NCBI RefSeq assembly: GCF_009914755.1
Contig: NC_060933.1
Length of the DNA stretch: 64,000 nucleotides
Origin: the human T2T-CHM13v2.0 reference genome, Homo sapiens
Direction: 5' to 3' (one strand)
Every line of letters begins with the position of its first letter. The first letter of the stretch is position 1. Below are positions 1 to 14,455 of the stretch, in pieces. Made by a program: the position numbers and the translations under genes. A model generated the notes under the pieces. The model was not told the origin of the DNA, did not search any database, and worked only from the letters and a program-made list of their open reading frames with translations.

Positions 1-219
1 TGAGGAAGAGAGGTAGGGGGGAATGTTTAAATGTGACCCCTTTCTCTTCTCTCCACCCCTTCCAAATACACTCATAAAAACTAAAACCGTGATGGGGGGG
101 GAATGGAGGAAAAGTCTGTTTATGATTATGAATTGAACTTTGAACCATTCCTATTGTTCCTGCCAAGGATTTTTGAATGCTAATGTAAAAAGATATATAT
201 AAAGTAAGATCTGCTAAGG

Positions 220-724
220 TATTTTAAGAGTCTACAGTAATGCACCAAGCTTTTTTCCTTGCTTCATTGTTAAAGATAATATGCCTTTCTAACAAAAATG
301 CTTTCAAGATGTAACCATATTTTGAAATGAATATCATAATACATCCTTTGCAAGCCTGGAATTTGGAAACAAAGAACTTGCTTTAATCTGTTTTTCTTCT
401 TACCTGATAAGCAGGATGACAGTGCTGCTGGAGGAGGTTTAGACCTGTCCCCAGTCTCATTTGCTTTTCTTCCTCTTTCTTCATCGTGTGGGCCCTGACA
501 ACCTTTCTTTCTGAAGCTACATAAATTAAACAGGGCTAAGACTATCAATTTTTGTACCAGCTCCAAAACAAGCCAAGACAAGAAAGAATCCTCCAGTTGA
601 TCGACAGACTTCCAGTATTTCTGCTAAACTGGTAGAGCGGTGAAGTCTCCATGCTTTCCTCTCTAATGAAATAACATCAGAGGTTGGATCCTTGGCTGTC
701 TTTAATTTTTTCCCTTTTACGTAG
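220..724 (-). pseudogene. Two exon remnants (724-404; 355-~220)
   Basis: atctttttag| ... CAG|GTAAGA; LNLLQQHCHPAYQ|ACK...KYGYILKAFLLERHIIFNNEARKKAW. Confidence 0.6.
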
Positions 725-1349
725 CTAAAAAGATATTTCAAATGATGTAGAAAGACAAAATAAGCCAAGTTTATATTCTCCTTTATTGTTCATTCCTTCT
801 ATTTCACAAATGCTTCTAGTCTTGGGGTATCAGCTCCCCTGAAAGTCAGATCTAAGAACCTCAGCACACAAGCCCTGAAGTGGCCTGAAGTTCACAGGAA
901 ACCAGTGAACTGTGCTGCCTGAAATGGTCTTCAAACACTGATGAGTTGATTTTTCCTTTATGAGGTCTGGATCAACAAAATAACTTGTGATTTTTCAGAT
1001 AGGTACATAAAGGATGGTTTATAATAGGTAATCAAAGGAAAAGGGTGGTATGATTCAATTTGCAAAGTAAATGATACATCAGTAAAGCCATCTGATTAGA
1101 AGACATAATTAGTGAAGGCAATAACATGAAGGATCTACTAGCTCCTAAGAAAAGACTCAGCAGATAGAAGGGTCCCAATATATTTTAGTTGAAACTGGAT
1201 CTTAGATCTGACTTTAAAATCTAGGTTTCTGTGTGGACCTTAAGAAAAACTTCTATCAGCTTTCCTAAGAGAGGTTTTGGTAAAGATTTCCAGCCTTTAG
1301 AGGAAGGCTTAAGGATCCAATTTTTTCATGAAGAACATTAACCACCATA

Positions 1350-1747
1350 AAAACCTTTCTATTGTCAACACCCTTCAGCCTTCTAGAAAGAAGAACACTG
1401 CTATGAATTGTAAAGCCTACCAATCTTCTCCAACAGTGTACAACATTGCATTAGAGGAAATTTGATCTCAACAGAATAAATCTCTATTATTTCCAACAGA
1501 CATAAGAATTTACATATGGTAAATTTCTAAGATTATGTGGGGGTTTTGGCACCTTTCTCCTACATTCTGCCTAATTAATGGTGGTATCTGGGTTCCAACA
1601 AAGCCCTCCTCCATGGGAAGCCTATGGGCCCCTCTTCTTATTCCACTCAGAATCAAAACATTCGCAATATTATTTCAAGATTGTGGAATTTCACAAAACC
1701 ACTGCATTACCAGACAATTATGCATGCAATATTGTCTAATTGGCTAA
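1350..1747 (-). pseudogene. Exon remnant(s)
   Basis: IRQYCM; SGFVKFHNLEIILRMF*F*VE*EE; LLEIIEIYSVEI...CTLLEKI. Boundaries approximate. Confidence 0.6.
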
Positions 1748-2049
1748 CTCCAGGAACAAAAGATGGACAACTGTTACAGTTATATTCTGATGAATTCAGG
1801 CTAAATGTGGCTTGAATCAAGGAATATGGTGACCCTAAAATTATAATGTTAAAAACAAATATGCAAAACTAGTAGTTTTATATCTTGTTCTTTCCTCTCA
1901 TATCTGTGGACATTAAAAAAAAAAGCCTATGCAGCTTTTCACTAGTCTGAAATGGTATAGGTTGGAGAAGATTTTAGACATTTTGGACTTAATAGACAAA
2001 AACAATGCAGTTAAAATGTATTAAGCAATTTACATAAATTACCAAAACA

Positions 2050-2185
2050 TTATCAAAACTACTCTATGAAGTAAGTGCAAATGGTATCCCCCTTTATGAA
2101 TGAGAACACTGAGGCTTTGAAAAGTTGAGTGAACCAATCACTTACAGCTAGTAAATGACAGAACTGTCTCTGAATCAAGGTTATT
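2050..2185 (-). mobile_element. MIR SINE remnant
   Basis: gagaacactgaggct...acagctagtaaatgacagaa core. Confidence 0.7.
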
Positions 2186-2351
2186 TTTATATGTGTTTAG
2201 ACTCCTGAAAACAGTGACTTGGAAAGTGTGTTTGTACAAATGAATGTGTGTATGTGCACGTGCTCGTTAAAGAGAGAGGGAGAGATTGAGAGACTCACCC
2301 TTGCCCCTCTTTGCTTTCTTATTAGTACCATCTATAAAATACCAAGTCTTT

Positions 2352-2898
2352 CGACCCAGCAATCCCATTACTGGACATCTACCCAAAGGATTATAAATCA
2401 TTCTACCATAAAGTCACGTGCACACATATGTTTACTGCAGCACTACTCACAATAGCAAAGACTTGGAACCAACCCAAATGTCCATCAATGATAGACTGGG
2501 TTAAGAAAATGTGGCACATATACAGCATGGAATACTATGCAGCCATAAAAAAGGATGCGTTCATGTCCTTTGTAGGGACATGGATGAAGCTGGAAACCAT
2601 CGTTCTGAGCAAACTATCACAAGGACAGAAAACCAAACACCACATGTTCTCACTCATAGGTGGGAATTGAACAATGAGAACACTTGGACACAGGAAGGGG
2701 AACATCATACACCGGGGCCTGTTCGGGTGTAGGGGGCTAGGAGAAGTATAACATTAACAGAAATACCTAATGTAGGTGATGGGTTGATGGGTGCAGCAAA
2801 CCACCATGGCATGTGTTTACCTATGTAACAAAACTGCACGTTCTACACATGTAACCCAGAACTTAAAGTATAATAAAAATAAATAAATAAAATAAAAT
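2352..2898 (+). mobile_element. 5'-truncated L1PA (about PA6-8) 3' end with TSD
   Basis: ORF2 C-terminus TWNQPKCPSMIDW...IGGN, 3'UTR and A-rich tail; TSD aaaataccaagtcttt at 2336-2351 and 2899-2914. Confidence 0.95.
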
Positions 2899-3378
2899 AA
2901 AATACCAAGTCTTTGGCGAACTGGAACCCTGGGCTTATAAACTATGCGCAACATTGCTTAATTAATCCCTATTCCCCATGGGGTATTGTGTTATGACTTA
3001 TGATAGCACTGTCCATAGCAGCTTCATGGCAGAATGAAACCCAGAGGAAGAAAAACCTCTAAGAGAATTTAAAGCAAACAAACAAACAACAACAAACACC
3101 ATCACGGGCAAACAGCATAATCAAGAATATGCTTCCTTGACATTCCCTCCTTAGCATTCCCTAAGTACCCACTGTCCTCTGTGAATTTCACATTTCTCAG
3201 TGTGGGCAAGAACTGAGTATTCTGTCCTTCTACCACTTATTCCAGAGAAATCAGTATTTAGTAGATACATATTCACCATTCTTGCCAACCATAATGAGAA
3301 ATATGTCATAGCCAGTTGACTATGACAAAATAAAAATAGAATGTGTCAAAATTGAAGAAAGAGTCTGGTGTGACTTAC

Positions 3379-3470
3379 ATTTTTACCTTCACAGAACATG
3401 ACGTGTTCAAAGTACATTGGAGTATCGTGTTGAATGTCCAACAGGAATCATTTTTTGTACATCACTACAC
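3379..3470 (-). pseudogene. Exon remnant
   Basis: cccttgtcattttcag| (G)VVMYKK*FLLDI; donors AAG|GTAAAA (3387) or AAT|GTAAGT (3379). Confidence 0.65.
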
Positions 3471-3569
3471 CTGAAAATGACAAGGGAAGCAGAAAGAAAA
3501 GGGTTAAGAAGAATTAAGACAGAAAATGAGATGAAACAATGATAAGGCATCACTCCGATAGGCAAGACA

Positions 3570-3740
3570 CAGGGTAGTATAGAAGACAATAAGTGAATTT
3601 TGGAGTAAGAACTAGGTGCAAATCCCCCCGTTAATACCTATTAGTTGTGTCTCATTGAACATATTAGTTCACTTCTCAATATCACTTCTAACCTCAAAAA
3701 TAGGAAATGACAATACCTAATTTGAAGGATTGTTAGAATT
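3570..3740 (+). mobile_element. MIR remnant
   Basis: Diverged MIR core and tail. Confidence 0.55.
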
Positions 3741-3761
3741 GAACAAAATTTCCCTTATCCT

Positions 3762-4220
3762 CTGTGGGGAAAGTTGAAATTTTTCACCAACATTCATTAT
3801 CCTTTTCTTCCATAGCAACTGAGTTGTAATTGGAGTGTAGCTATCCAGCTAAAAACTACATGTTCAATCCTCCTACCTCTTATAGTGTAGTGTGGCCATG
3901 TCATTGAGTTCTTGACAGTGGAATGTGAATGAAAATGGTATGTGCTTCTTCCCAGCTTGATCTATTGAATCTTGCACACACATTCTCTATATCATTTCAT
4001 TCTTTCTGCTGGCTGGAATGGCCATCCCAAAAGCAACGCCGAGGATAATAAAACTGCATTAGCATATGCCCCAGGAAAATGGCATAGTGATGAGAGCTGC
4101 TGCTGAACTGTAACATCTTCCCAAGGCTATTTTGAGGCCAAAAAAGCCTATGTTCTTTAAGGTATTAAATTACCATTGAGTTTGTTTTTACAGTAGTTTA
4201 AACTACCTTAACTAATATAC
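3762..4220 (+). mobile_element. MLT1-family (MaLR) solo LTR, MLT1J-like
   Basis: tgtgg start, tgtggccatgt...ggaatgtgaatgaa motif, taactaatata end. Confidence 0.7.
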
Positions 4221-4381
4221 CTGGGCAATTTAAGCATTGCAAGTAGTACCATATAAAGCATAACTTCTACCTTTAGGAGCGTGCAATCTAGTTGAAGATT
4301 TAAGGTGAACACACAGGAAATTGTACCCCAAGACAGTATGTGGACAAGGGTGAGCTAATGGCATTGGAAAAGATCATTATA

Positions 4382-4795
4382 TGTGTTGAACAAATAATTT
4401 CATTTTCCTGTTGGTCACCAAATAATTCTACACTTCCTATTTCTCTTTGTATCTGCATGGGACAGTATGTCTAATGATGGCCAACAGGATGTGGAAGAAA
4501 GTCGTATATGTCAGTTCTAAGCCTGGCTCTTCAAATGCCCAGTGAAATCCTCATATTGTCACTCCTTGTTCTATTGACTGCAGAATCTCCATCAGAGGCC
4601 TCTGAGTGGGCCTATGGGATACCATGGTGGAAGGATCCAAGCTCCTCATTGAGGAGGGCAGCCAACAGAGCCACCTGCCCAAGAATATTGGTTCTGAAGC
4701 TTGCCTAAAAAAGAAGTCATCTTTATAATGCGATAAGCCACTGAGACTTGGGGTTGTTTGACATAGCCATCAGCCTAGCCCGTCTGATGTAATGA
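4382..4795 (+). mobile_element. MLT1-family solo LTR
   Basis: tggccaacaggatgtggaagaaagt and gccactgagacttggggttgtttg motifs. Confidence 0.7.
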
Positions 4796-7700
4796 TGGAG
4801 ATAAGTGATCAGAAAAAGAAGCAAAGAAAATTCTTGTGTGTGGGAATGATTGGAGGTGGTTTCTTCAGGGGTTAGTATTTGAGCTCATTTAGTTAGTAGA
4901 AATGATGGAGGAGGACAGATGGTGAATGTCGTTAGTAGTTTCAGATTTTACTGTGGTCATTTTCCCATCTTCTCCAGACCAAACATTTACTCAATAAAGC
5001 ATTTTCCATTTAACTTCTCAGATGTTATTAAGCCAAGAACCCCTTCTTTTCAAATGGAATCTCATATAAAATCCTGATATTTAAACAGATACTACTTTAG
5101 ATACTCTTACTGAAATAAAAACAGGGCTAGTTCTGACTTCTTGGCCACTTTCTTACTAATTACATGCCCCTAGATCACTCCCATGGAACCCTAAAATGTT
5201 GAAACAGAATTTGAGCATCAGTGTATCAGAATACACTCAGATGTAATATAATAGGTTTGCTCTAGCTCTTCATGGGGGAACCGCAGTGTGCAATGGATTA
5301 CAGAGGATGCATCAGCAAACTGTGGAGTTGAGCAGAAAGCCAGTCTAATTACCCAGGAGAGACCACCCTTAAACAGCCTCATCAACAGAAGTAACATACC
5401 CAATCTGTCTGTTTCTCTACTACATACATTCACTTTTTAAAACTAAAGTTCCGCATGATTCTTTCCTATGAGAATGATAATTTAAAACTGAAGCTAACAT
5501 CCTCTCAAAAGTAGCCAGTCTGGAGAGGATTCTGGGAAGAAGGAGCAGGAAACGCCAGGAATCTGTCTCCCCACATAGACAACAATTACACTGGCAGAAT
5601 CTGTCTAATGTAATTATTTTGGAACTCTGGAGTCTTGCAGCTTTTACAGGAAGGCTTTGATAATAAGTTGCTTAGTGACAGATCAATTCAGCTTTTAGCA
5701 CAGCAGCTCCCCACTCTCACCACCAGCCCTGTAACAGGCAACTGTGCATGTGATCCTAGAGCAACTTGTATACACCTTAAGGAATCCAGGGTGGGCAAAA
5801 AACTCTATCTTCCAACTAGTAAGGATTTGTGCTGTCATTGCTGCTACTGCTTTCGATCACAGAAGTGTAGATAAAGGGGAGGGAGGTCATTGTTGTTTCA
5901 CCTCCCCACAATCCCTTATTGCAAGCCCCACTCTTTTTGGGTGAAGTGACTCCAAATAATTTAAAGGGAAAGTGCCCCTCTTTTGTTTCCCTGCTTCATT
6001 TTTCTTTTTCTCATTTGAAAGCCAGACACTGAATCCTAGGACATTCAAAAGCAACTGCATATACGGGGAAAATTAAGAAGTGATCATGCATGACTAGGGA
6101 AACGCACAGGGTCAGAAAAGAGCTGAGGAAACCTTAGGTTTATACCTTAGACTAATCTTTGGCACAGAGGCAGACTACAACAATAAAAATAAAACCAAAA
6201 AAAAAAAAAATCATACTCTGGGTAAGGAGAATCTGATTTGCAGAATTACTTCATTATTAGATTCAAATATCCAGTTTTCAACAAAAACAATTAGAAGCAC
6301 ACAAATAGACAAGTATAACCCATTCAAAGGGACAAAAACTAAATAAACAGAAAGTGTCCATAAGAAAGACCTGCAGAAATTCTGCTAGATTAAAGATGCT
6401 CAAAGAACTATAGGAAAACATGGAGGATGTTAAGAAAATGATGTGTCAACAAAATGGAAATAGCAATAAAGATAAAACCTAAAAAGAAACCAAAAAGAAG
6501 TTCTGGAGCTGAAAAGCACCATAACTGAAATGAAAAACTTATTAGATGAATTCAAGGGCAGATTAGAGTAAGCAGAAGAAAGAATAAACAAATCAACAAG
6601 ACAAGACAATTGAAATTATCAGGTGTGAGGAACAGAAAGAAAAAGATTGAAGTGACCAGAGCCTTAAGAGCCTGTGGGACACAATGAAGTAGACTAACAT
6701 ATGCATTGTGGGAGTCCCACAAGAAAATGAGAGAGAGAAAGGAGAAGAGAGAATATTTGTAGAAATGATGACTGAAAATGTCTCAAATTTGATAAAAGAC
6801 ATCAATATAAACATCCAAGAAGCTCAACAATCTCCAAGTAAGATGAACTCAAAGATACTCACAATGAGACACAATATAATTAAACTTTCAAAATCCAAAG
6901 GCAAAGGGAGCATCTTGAAAGTGACAAGAAAGAAACAACTCTCCACGTACAAGGGATACTCAGTAAGATTATCATCAAATTTCTCATCTGAAATTTTGGA
7001 GACCAGAAGGCAGTGAGCCAATATATTTAAAGTCCTAAAAGCAAAACAAAACAAAATAAACAACAAAAATCAACAAAAAATTCTATACCAGCAAAACTCT
7101 TATTAAAAGTGAGGGGAAAATTAAGACATTCTTAGACAAGCAAAGCTAAGAGAGTCCATTACCATTAAACCTGCACTGCAAGAAATACTCAAGGGAGTTC
7201 TGTAGGGTAAAATGAAAAGGATCAAGACAGTGATTCAAAGCCATATGAAGAAATAAGGTATCAGTAAAGGGAAATACATGGACAATTATAAAAGCTATTA
7301 TTATCTTAATGACTTATAATTTCACTTTTTTATATGATTTAAGAGGCTCATGAGCTAGTATTATTATAACCTTGGATTCTAACTGCAAATTTTGTTTTAC
7401 ACATGGTTGAAGAGAATAGTACATTTAAAAGCATTATTAGCTTATATTTTAGGGCACACAATGTATGCACATATAATTTTGTACATACATGTGTGCACAT
7501 ATAATTTTGTGCACACAACTGAAATGGATAAATGGAGCTATTAAAGGATCATCATATGTTATTGAGGTTAAGCTGGTATAGAATCAAATTAGAGTGCTGT
7601 AACTTTAGGATGTTAAATGTAATCTCCATGGTAACCACAAAGACAATACCAATAAAATACATACAAAAGGAATAAAAAAGGAATTTAAACATTTCACTAT

Positions 7701-10236
7701 AAAAAATAACTAAACATAAAAGAAGACATTAATGTGGGAAGTGATGGACAAAAAGGCTATAAGCCATCTAGAAAGCAAACAACAAAATGGCAGAGGTCCG
7801 TTTATACCAGATATTAACTGAAGTGTAAATGGATTAAACTATCCAATCAAAAGACAGATTGGAAGAATAAATAAAAACATATTATCCAACTATACGCTAC
7901 CTACAGGAAAATCACTTAGGATCCAAAGGCATACATAGATTAAAAGTGAAAGGGTGGAAAAATATATTGAATGGAGAAAGTAACCAAGAGATAGCAGTAG
8001 TGGCTATGCTCTCATATCAGACAAAATAGACTCTAAATCAAAAAAGTTTATAAGAGACAAAAAAGATATTATATATTAACAAAAGTTTCAATACAGCACA
8101 AAGATACCATCAACATTTACACTTCTAGCAGCAGACCATCAAAATATATGAAGCAAAACCTGACAGAACTACAGGGAAAAATAGATGCTTCTACTATAAT
8201 ACTTGAAAATTTCAATACCTTTCTCTCAATAAGGGATAAACAATCAGAAGATAAGGAATAGAGGATTTAAAGAACACAATAAATCAGCTAGATCTAAAAT
8301 TATGTGCAGGAACACTCTACTCAACAACATTCTTCTCAAGTGCACATAGTATGTTTTCCTGTATAAATCACATCTTAGGCCAGAACTTGTCTCAATAAAT
8401 TTAAAAAGATAAATATACAAAATATCTTCTCTGACCCCAACAGTATAAAGTTGGAAATCGATAATAGAAAGAAAATTGGAAATTTCAAAAACTTGTGGAA
8501 ATTAAATGACACAGTCTTAAAGAACCAATGAATCAAATAAGAAATCATAAGGAAAGTTACAAAATACTTAGAGACAAATGAAACTGAAAGCACACATACC
8601 AAAACTCATGAGATGCAATGAAGTTTACACTAAGGAGGAAATGTGTAGCTACAAATGCTTACATTAAAAAACCAAGATTTCAAATCAATAGCATAACTTT
8701 ATAACTTATGGAAGTAGAAAAAGAAAACACTAAACCTAAAGCTAGCAGAAGAAGGAGATAGTAAGGATCACAGCAGAGATCAGTGAAATAGATAATAGAA
8801 AAATAAGGTATAAAAGAATCAATAAAATCAAACTTTGGTTCTTTGAAAAGATCAACAAAATTGATAAACCTTTAGCTAGATAGACTAAGAAAAAAAGAGA
8901 AAAGGCTGTAACTACTAAGATCAGAGGCAAAGTGAAGACATTACTAGTGATTCTATAGCAATAAAAAGGACCATTAAGACAGTATTATGAACAACTGTGT
9001 GCCTATAAATTGGATGACCCAGACAAAATGGACAATTTCCTAGAAACACAAAACCTACCAAGACTAAATCACAAAAAATAAAAAATCTGAATAGTCTTAT
9101 AACTATAACTAGGAAGGAGATAGAATTAGTAACCAATAATCTCCAATAAGTAAAGCCCTGGATCTAATGGCTTTACTGATGAATTGTACCAAATATTTAA
9201 AGAAGAACAAACACAAATTATTCTCAAAATGTTCCCAAAAAAATGAAGAGAATGGAACACTTCTTGACTCATTCTACCCTGATACCAAAGCAAAAAACAC
9301 TACAAAAAAGAAAACTACTGATGAATATCCTTTATGAATATTGATGAAAAAATCTTTACCGAAAGACTGGTAAACCAAATTCAGCAGCATATTAAAAGAT
9401 TATACACCATGTCCAAGTGGGATTTATGCCTGAAATAAAAATGGTTCCATATATGAAAATAAATGTAACCTACTACATTAACAGAATTAGAGAGAAAAAA
9501 CATATGATCATCTGAATAGATGCAGAAAAAGTATTTGACAAAGTTCAACCCCATTTCATGATTAAAAAAAAAAAAACCACTCAAGCTAGAAATAGAAAGA
9601 ACTATTTCAACATAATAAAAGCCATATATGGAGAATTCACAGGGAACATCTTACTCAATGGTAAAAGACTAAGCACTTTTTCTCTAAGATCAGGAACAAG
9701 ACAAAGATACTCACATTTGCCTTTTCTATTCAACATAGTACTGGAAATTTTAGCCACAACAATTAGATAAGAAATAAAAAGCAAAAGAAATAAAAGATAT
9801 TCAAATTGGAAAGAAACGAGTAAAACTACCTCTATTTGCAGACGATATGATCTTATATAGAAACCCTCAACATTTCACACACAAAAGAACTGTCAGAACT
9901 ATTAAATGAATTCAGCAAAGTAGCAGGATACAAAGTCAATACTCACAAATTAGTTGCTTTTCTATACATCAACAATGAACAATTTGAAAAGGAAATTTTT
10001 TTTTTAAATTCCATTTACAATAGCATCAAAAAATACTCAGGAAATTACTTAGCTAAGAAAATGAGAGACTTCTACAATGAAAACTACAAGATACTGTTGA
10101 AAGAAATTTAAAAAGATATAAATAAATGGAAATATAGCCTATGTCCATGAATTAGAAGACACAATAGGTTAAGATGTCCATAATACACAAAGCAATGTAC
10201 AGATTCAATGCAATCCCCATTAAAATCCCAGTGATG

Positions 10237-11161
10237 AAATTTTTGCAATCTACCCATCTGACAAAGGGCTAATATCCAGAATCTATAAAGAACTTAAACA
10301 AATTTACAAGAAAAAAATCAAACAACCCCATCAAAAAGTGGGCAAAGGATATGAACAGACACTTCTCAAAAGAAGACATTTATGCAGCCAACAGATACAT
10401 GAAAAAATGCCCATCATCACTGGCCACCAAAGAAATGCAAATCAAAACCATGATGAGATACCATCTCACACCAGTTAGAATGGCGATCATTAAAAAGTCA
10501 GGAAACAACAGATGCTGGAGAGGATGTGGAGAAATAGGAACACTTTTACACTGTTGGTGGGACTGTAAACTAGTTCAACTATTGTGGAAGACAGTGTAGC
10601 GATTCCTCAAGGATCTAGAACTAGAAATACCATTTGACCCAGCCATCCCATTACTGGGTATATACCCAAAGGATTATAAATCATGCTGCTATAAAGACAC
10701 ATGCACACATATGCTCATTGTGGCACTATTCACAATATCAAAGACTTGGAACCAACCCAAATGTCCATCAACGATAGACTGGATTAAGAAAATGTGGCAC
10801 ATATACAGCATGGAATACTATGCAGCCATAAAAAAGGATGAGTTCATGTCCTTTGTAGGGACATGGATGAAGCTGGAAACCAACATTCTAAGCAAACTAT
10901 CACAAGGACAGAAAACCAAACACCGCATATTCTCACTCACAGATGGGAAGTGAACAATGAGAACACTTGGACACAGGGTGGGGAACATCACACATCGGGG
11001 ACTGTTGTGGGGTGGGGGGCTAGGGGAGGGATAGCATTAGGAGATATACCTAATGTAAATGACGAGTTAATGGGTGCAGCACACCAACATGGCACATGTA
11101 TACATATGTAACAAACTTGCACATTGTGCCCATGTACCCTAGAACTTATAGTATAAAAAAA
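10237..11161 (+). mobile_element. L1PA5-like 3' fragment nested in the older L1
   Basis: [16 protein letters not shown]; TSD aaaatccca(g/a)tgatg at 10222-10236 and 11162-11176. Confidence 0.95.
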
Positions 11162-11965
11162 AAAATCCCAATGATGTATTTTGCAGAAACAGAAAAACCC
11201 ATCCTAAAATTCATATGGAATCTCAAAAAACCCCAAATAGTCATAATAATCTTGAAAAAACAGAACAAAGCTAGAAGACACGCACTTCCTGATTTCAAAA
11301 CTTATTACAAAACTACAGTAATCAAAACAACGTGGCATTGGCATAAAGACAGACATATAAACCATTGAACTAGAATATATGGTCAAATGATTTTGACAAG
11401 AGTGTTAAGACCATTAAATGGAGAAAGGACAGTCTTTTCAACAAACAGTACTGGGAAAACTGGATATCCACATGCAAAAGAATGAAGTTGGACCCTTACC
11501 TAACACTATAAAAAAAATTAACTCAAAAAAGATTAAAAACCTAAATATAAGATATAAAACTATAAAACTTTTAGAAGGAAATATAGAGTCAAAGCTTCAC
11601 AACATTAGATTTGGCAATAATTTATTGGATATGACACCAACAGCACAGGAAACCAAAGAAAAAAATAGACAACTTGAATTTTATAAAAATTTTTAAAATT
11701 TGTACATCAAAAAGCAATAATCAAGAGTAAAAAGACAACCTGCAGAATCAGATAAAATATTTGGAAATGATATATCTCATAAAAGGAATTAATATTCAGA
11801 ATATATATAGAACTCCTAAAACAACATAGAAACAACTTGATTCAAAATAGACAAAGGATCTAAATAGATATTTCTCTAAAGAATAAATACAAATGGAAAT
11901 AGCACATAAAATGATGCTTAACATCACTAATCATTAGGGCAATGAAAAAACAAAACTATACTGAA

Positions 11966-12115
11966 GGCTGGGTGCAGTGGTTCATGCCTATAATTCCAGC
12001 ACTCTGGGAGGCTGAGGCAGGAGAATTGCTTAAGCCCAGGAGTTTGAGACCAGCCTGGGCAACATGGCAAGACCTGTTTCTACAAAAAAATAAATAATAA
12101 ATAATTAAATTTTTA
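11966..12115 (+). mobile_element. FLAM / Alu left monomer
   Basis: ggctgggtgcagtggttcatgcc...tctacaaaaaa; no right arm. Confidence 0.9.
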
Positions 12116-12301
12116 AAAAACGACAATGAGATCCTACCTCACCTCTATTAGGCAGCTAAAAATTAAAAATTTAGCATTTCAAGAGGAAAGCTTCTATTCC
12201 TCAAAATTCACCTATATGAATCACTTTATTACCTAACATCATATAAATGAATTATATCAATTTTATATTATTAATAACGGTTACCATTTATTAGTTGCCT
12301 A

Positions 12302-12467
12302 CTATTCATGAAGTCAGGCATTAACCTCTAAGCCTTTCAGCAACCCCAGAATTAAACATTAATATCCCTAATTTACAGGTGGAGCTATTCATGAAGTCAG
12401 GCATTAACCTCTAAGCCTTTCAGCAACCCCAGAATTAAACATGAATATCCCTAATTTACAGGTGGAG
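12302..12467. repeat. 83-bp tandem duplication inside a minus-strand MIR
   Basis: 12302-12384 and 12385-12467 differ at one base (12360 t vs 12443 g). Confidence 0.95.
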
Positions 12468-13326
12468 CAACTGAGGCTCAGTCAGAATTCCTCTTTACCA
12501 GCCTCACCCAGCTTGCTTCTAAGCAATAAAGTTGATATTCAAACCAAGCTTTCTCATTTCAAAGGTTATCCACCTTCTATTGAACCAGAGTTGCCATCTT
12601 TCTTTCCACTCAGGGAGAAATATATTTTGTAGGTGCTCACAAAGCTCATTTTCAAAACACATAGTAGTATTTTCTGTAAGACAAGCCTGACATAGACCTG
12701 TGCTATATCTGTGAAAATTGTCCGAATGAAGTACAAATTCTGTCATTTGTCAATGTCAGAGTGATGACCACAGGCCCAAATATGAAAGCTGAAAAATATA
12801 AAGATTATTTCCATTGTCATTTGCTGATGTGCTATTGCCCTAAGTCTCCCCCACCCCATCCTAACAGCTTTTAATACCCTAAAGTTTCTTACTAGTGTAT
12901 TACATTTTTAAAGGAAGAGTTCTTGGCTGTGTCTCCAGAAGAGACTGCACAGAGTCACTGACCCACAAATGTCCTTCTTAAATTAATACTGATTGTTTGT
13001 CTCATCAATCCATAAGACACGTTTGGTTTGTTCTAGTTCCAACATTTCCTTCTCACCAAAATTTAGATTCCTTTCCCTAGAGACTTTAGTTGAAACTCTA
13101 CCCCATATTATATCTAATTCATAACAAACCCTCTCAGTGCAATCTGGGATTTAACAATTAGCTAAGATCCATATTTCAAAAATATGTAAGTTGATGGAAT
13201 AATTCAGTAGTCTCCCAGACTTGAAATTTAAATCTGAGCAGTTGAACTAGACTATCATTGACTGGGTTCTTTTGAATGCCAATGGAATTAGGGGCCTCTA
13301 TTTGTACATGCCCTCAAATGAATGGT

Positions 13327-13953
13327 TTGGGGTTGGTTTGCTCTTGGTTCTCTAGTTCTTTATTTATGATGTTAGGTTGTTAATTTGAGATCTTTCTAAC
13401 TTTTTAATATGGGTATTTACTGCTATAAATTTTCCTCTTAACACTACCTTAGCTGTGTAGAGATTTTGTTATGTTGTATCTTTGTTCTCATTAGTTTCAA
13501 AGAATTTCTTGATTTCTGCCTTAATTTCATTATTTACCTAAAAGTCATTCAGGAGCAGGCTCTCTAATTTCTATTTAATTGTATGGTTTTGAGTGATTTT
13601 CTTAGTCTTGAGTTCTATTTTTATTGTGCTGTGGTCCAAGAGAGTGGTTGGTATGATTTCAGTTATTTTCCATTTTCTGAGGATTTCTTAATATCTGATT
13701 GTGTGGTTGATCTTAGTGTATGTGACATGTACAGATGAAAAGAATGCACACTCTTTTGTTTTCAGGTGGAGAGTTATGTAGATATTTATTAGGTTCATTT
13801 GGTACAGTGTTGATTTCAGGTCCTGAATATCTTTGTTAATTTTCTGCCTCTCTGATCTGTCCAATACTGTCAGTTGAGTTTTGAAGCCTCCCACTATTAT
13901 TGTGTGAGTTTACATCTCTTTGAAGGTCTCTAAGAACTTGCTTTATGAATCTG
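13327..13953 (-). mobile_element. L1 ORF2 (endonuclease region) fragment
   Basis: ORF 13688..13894 RQKINKDIQDLKSTLYQMNLINIY. Confidence 0.9.
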
Positions 13954-13969
13954 GAGATTTATAAATTCA

Positions 13970-14455
<486 letters not shown>

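Larger units (their letters stand above)
5520..12170 (+). mobile_element. Near full-length ancient L1 (L1M/L1MB-type): 5'UTR, ORF1, long inter-ORF spacer and ORF2 remnants; interrupted by an L1PA and a FLAM
   Basis: ORF1 fragment GVPQENEREKGEERIFVEMMTENVSNL (6708..7016); endonuclease start aatggattaaactatccaatcaaaagac near 7830; RT fragments including ctatttgcagacgatatg near 9831. Confidence 0.9.
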
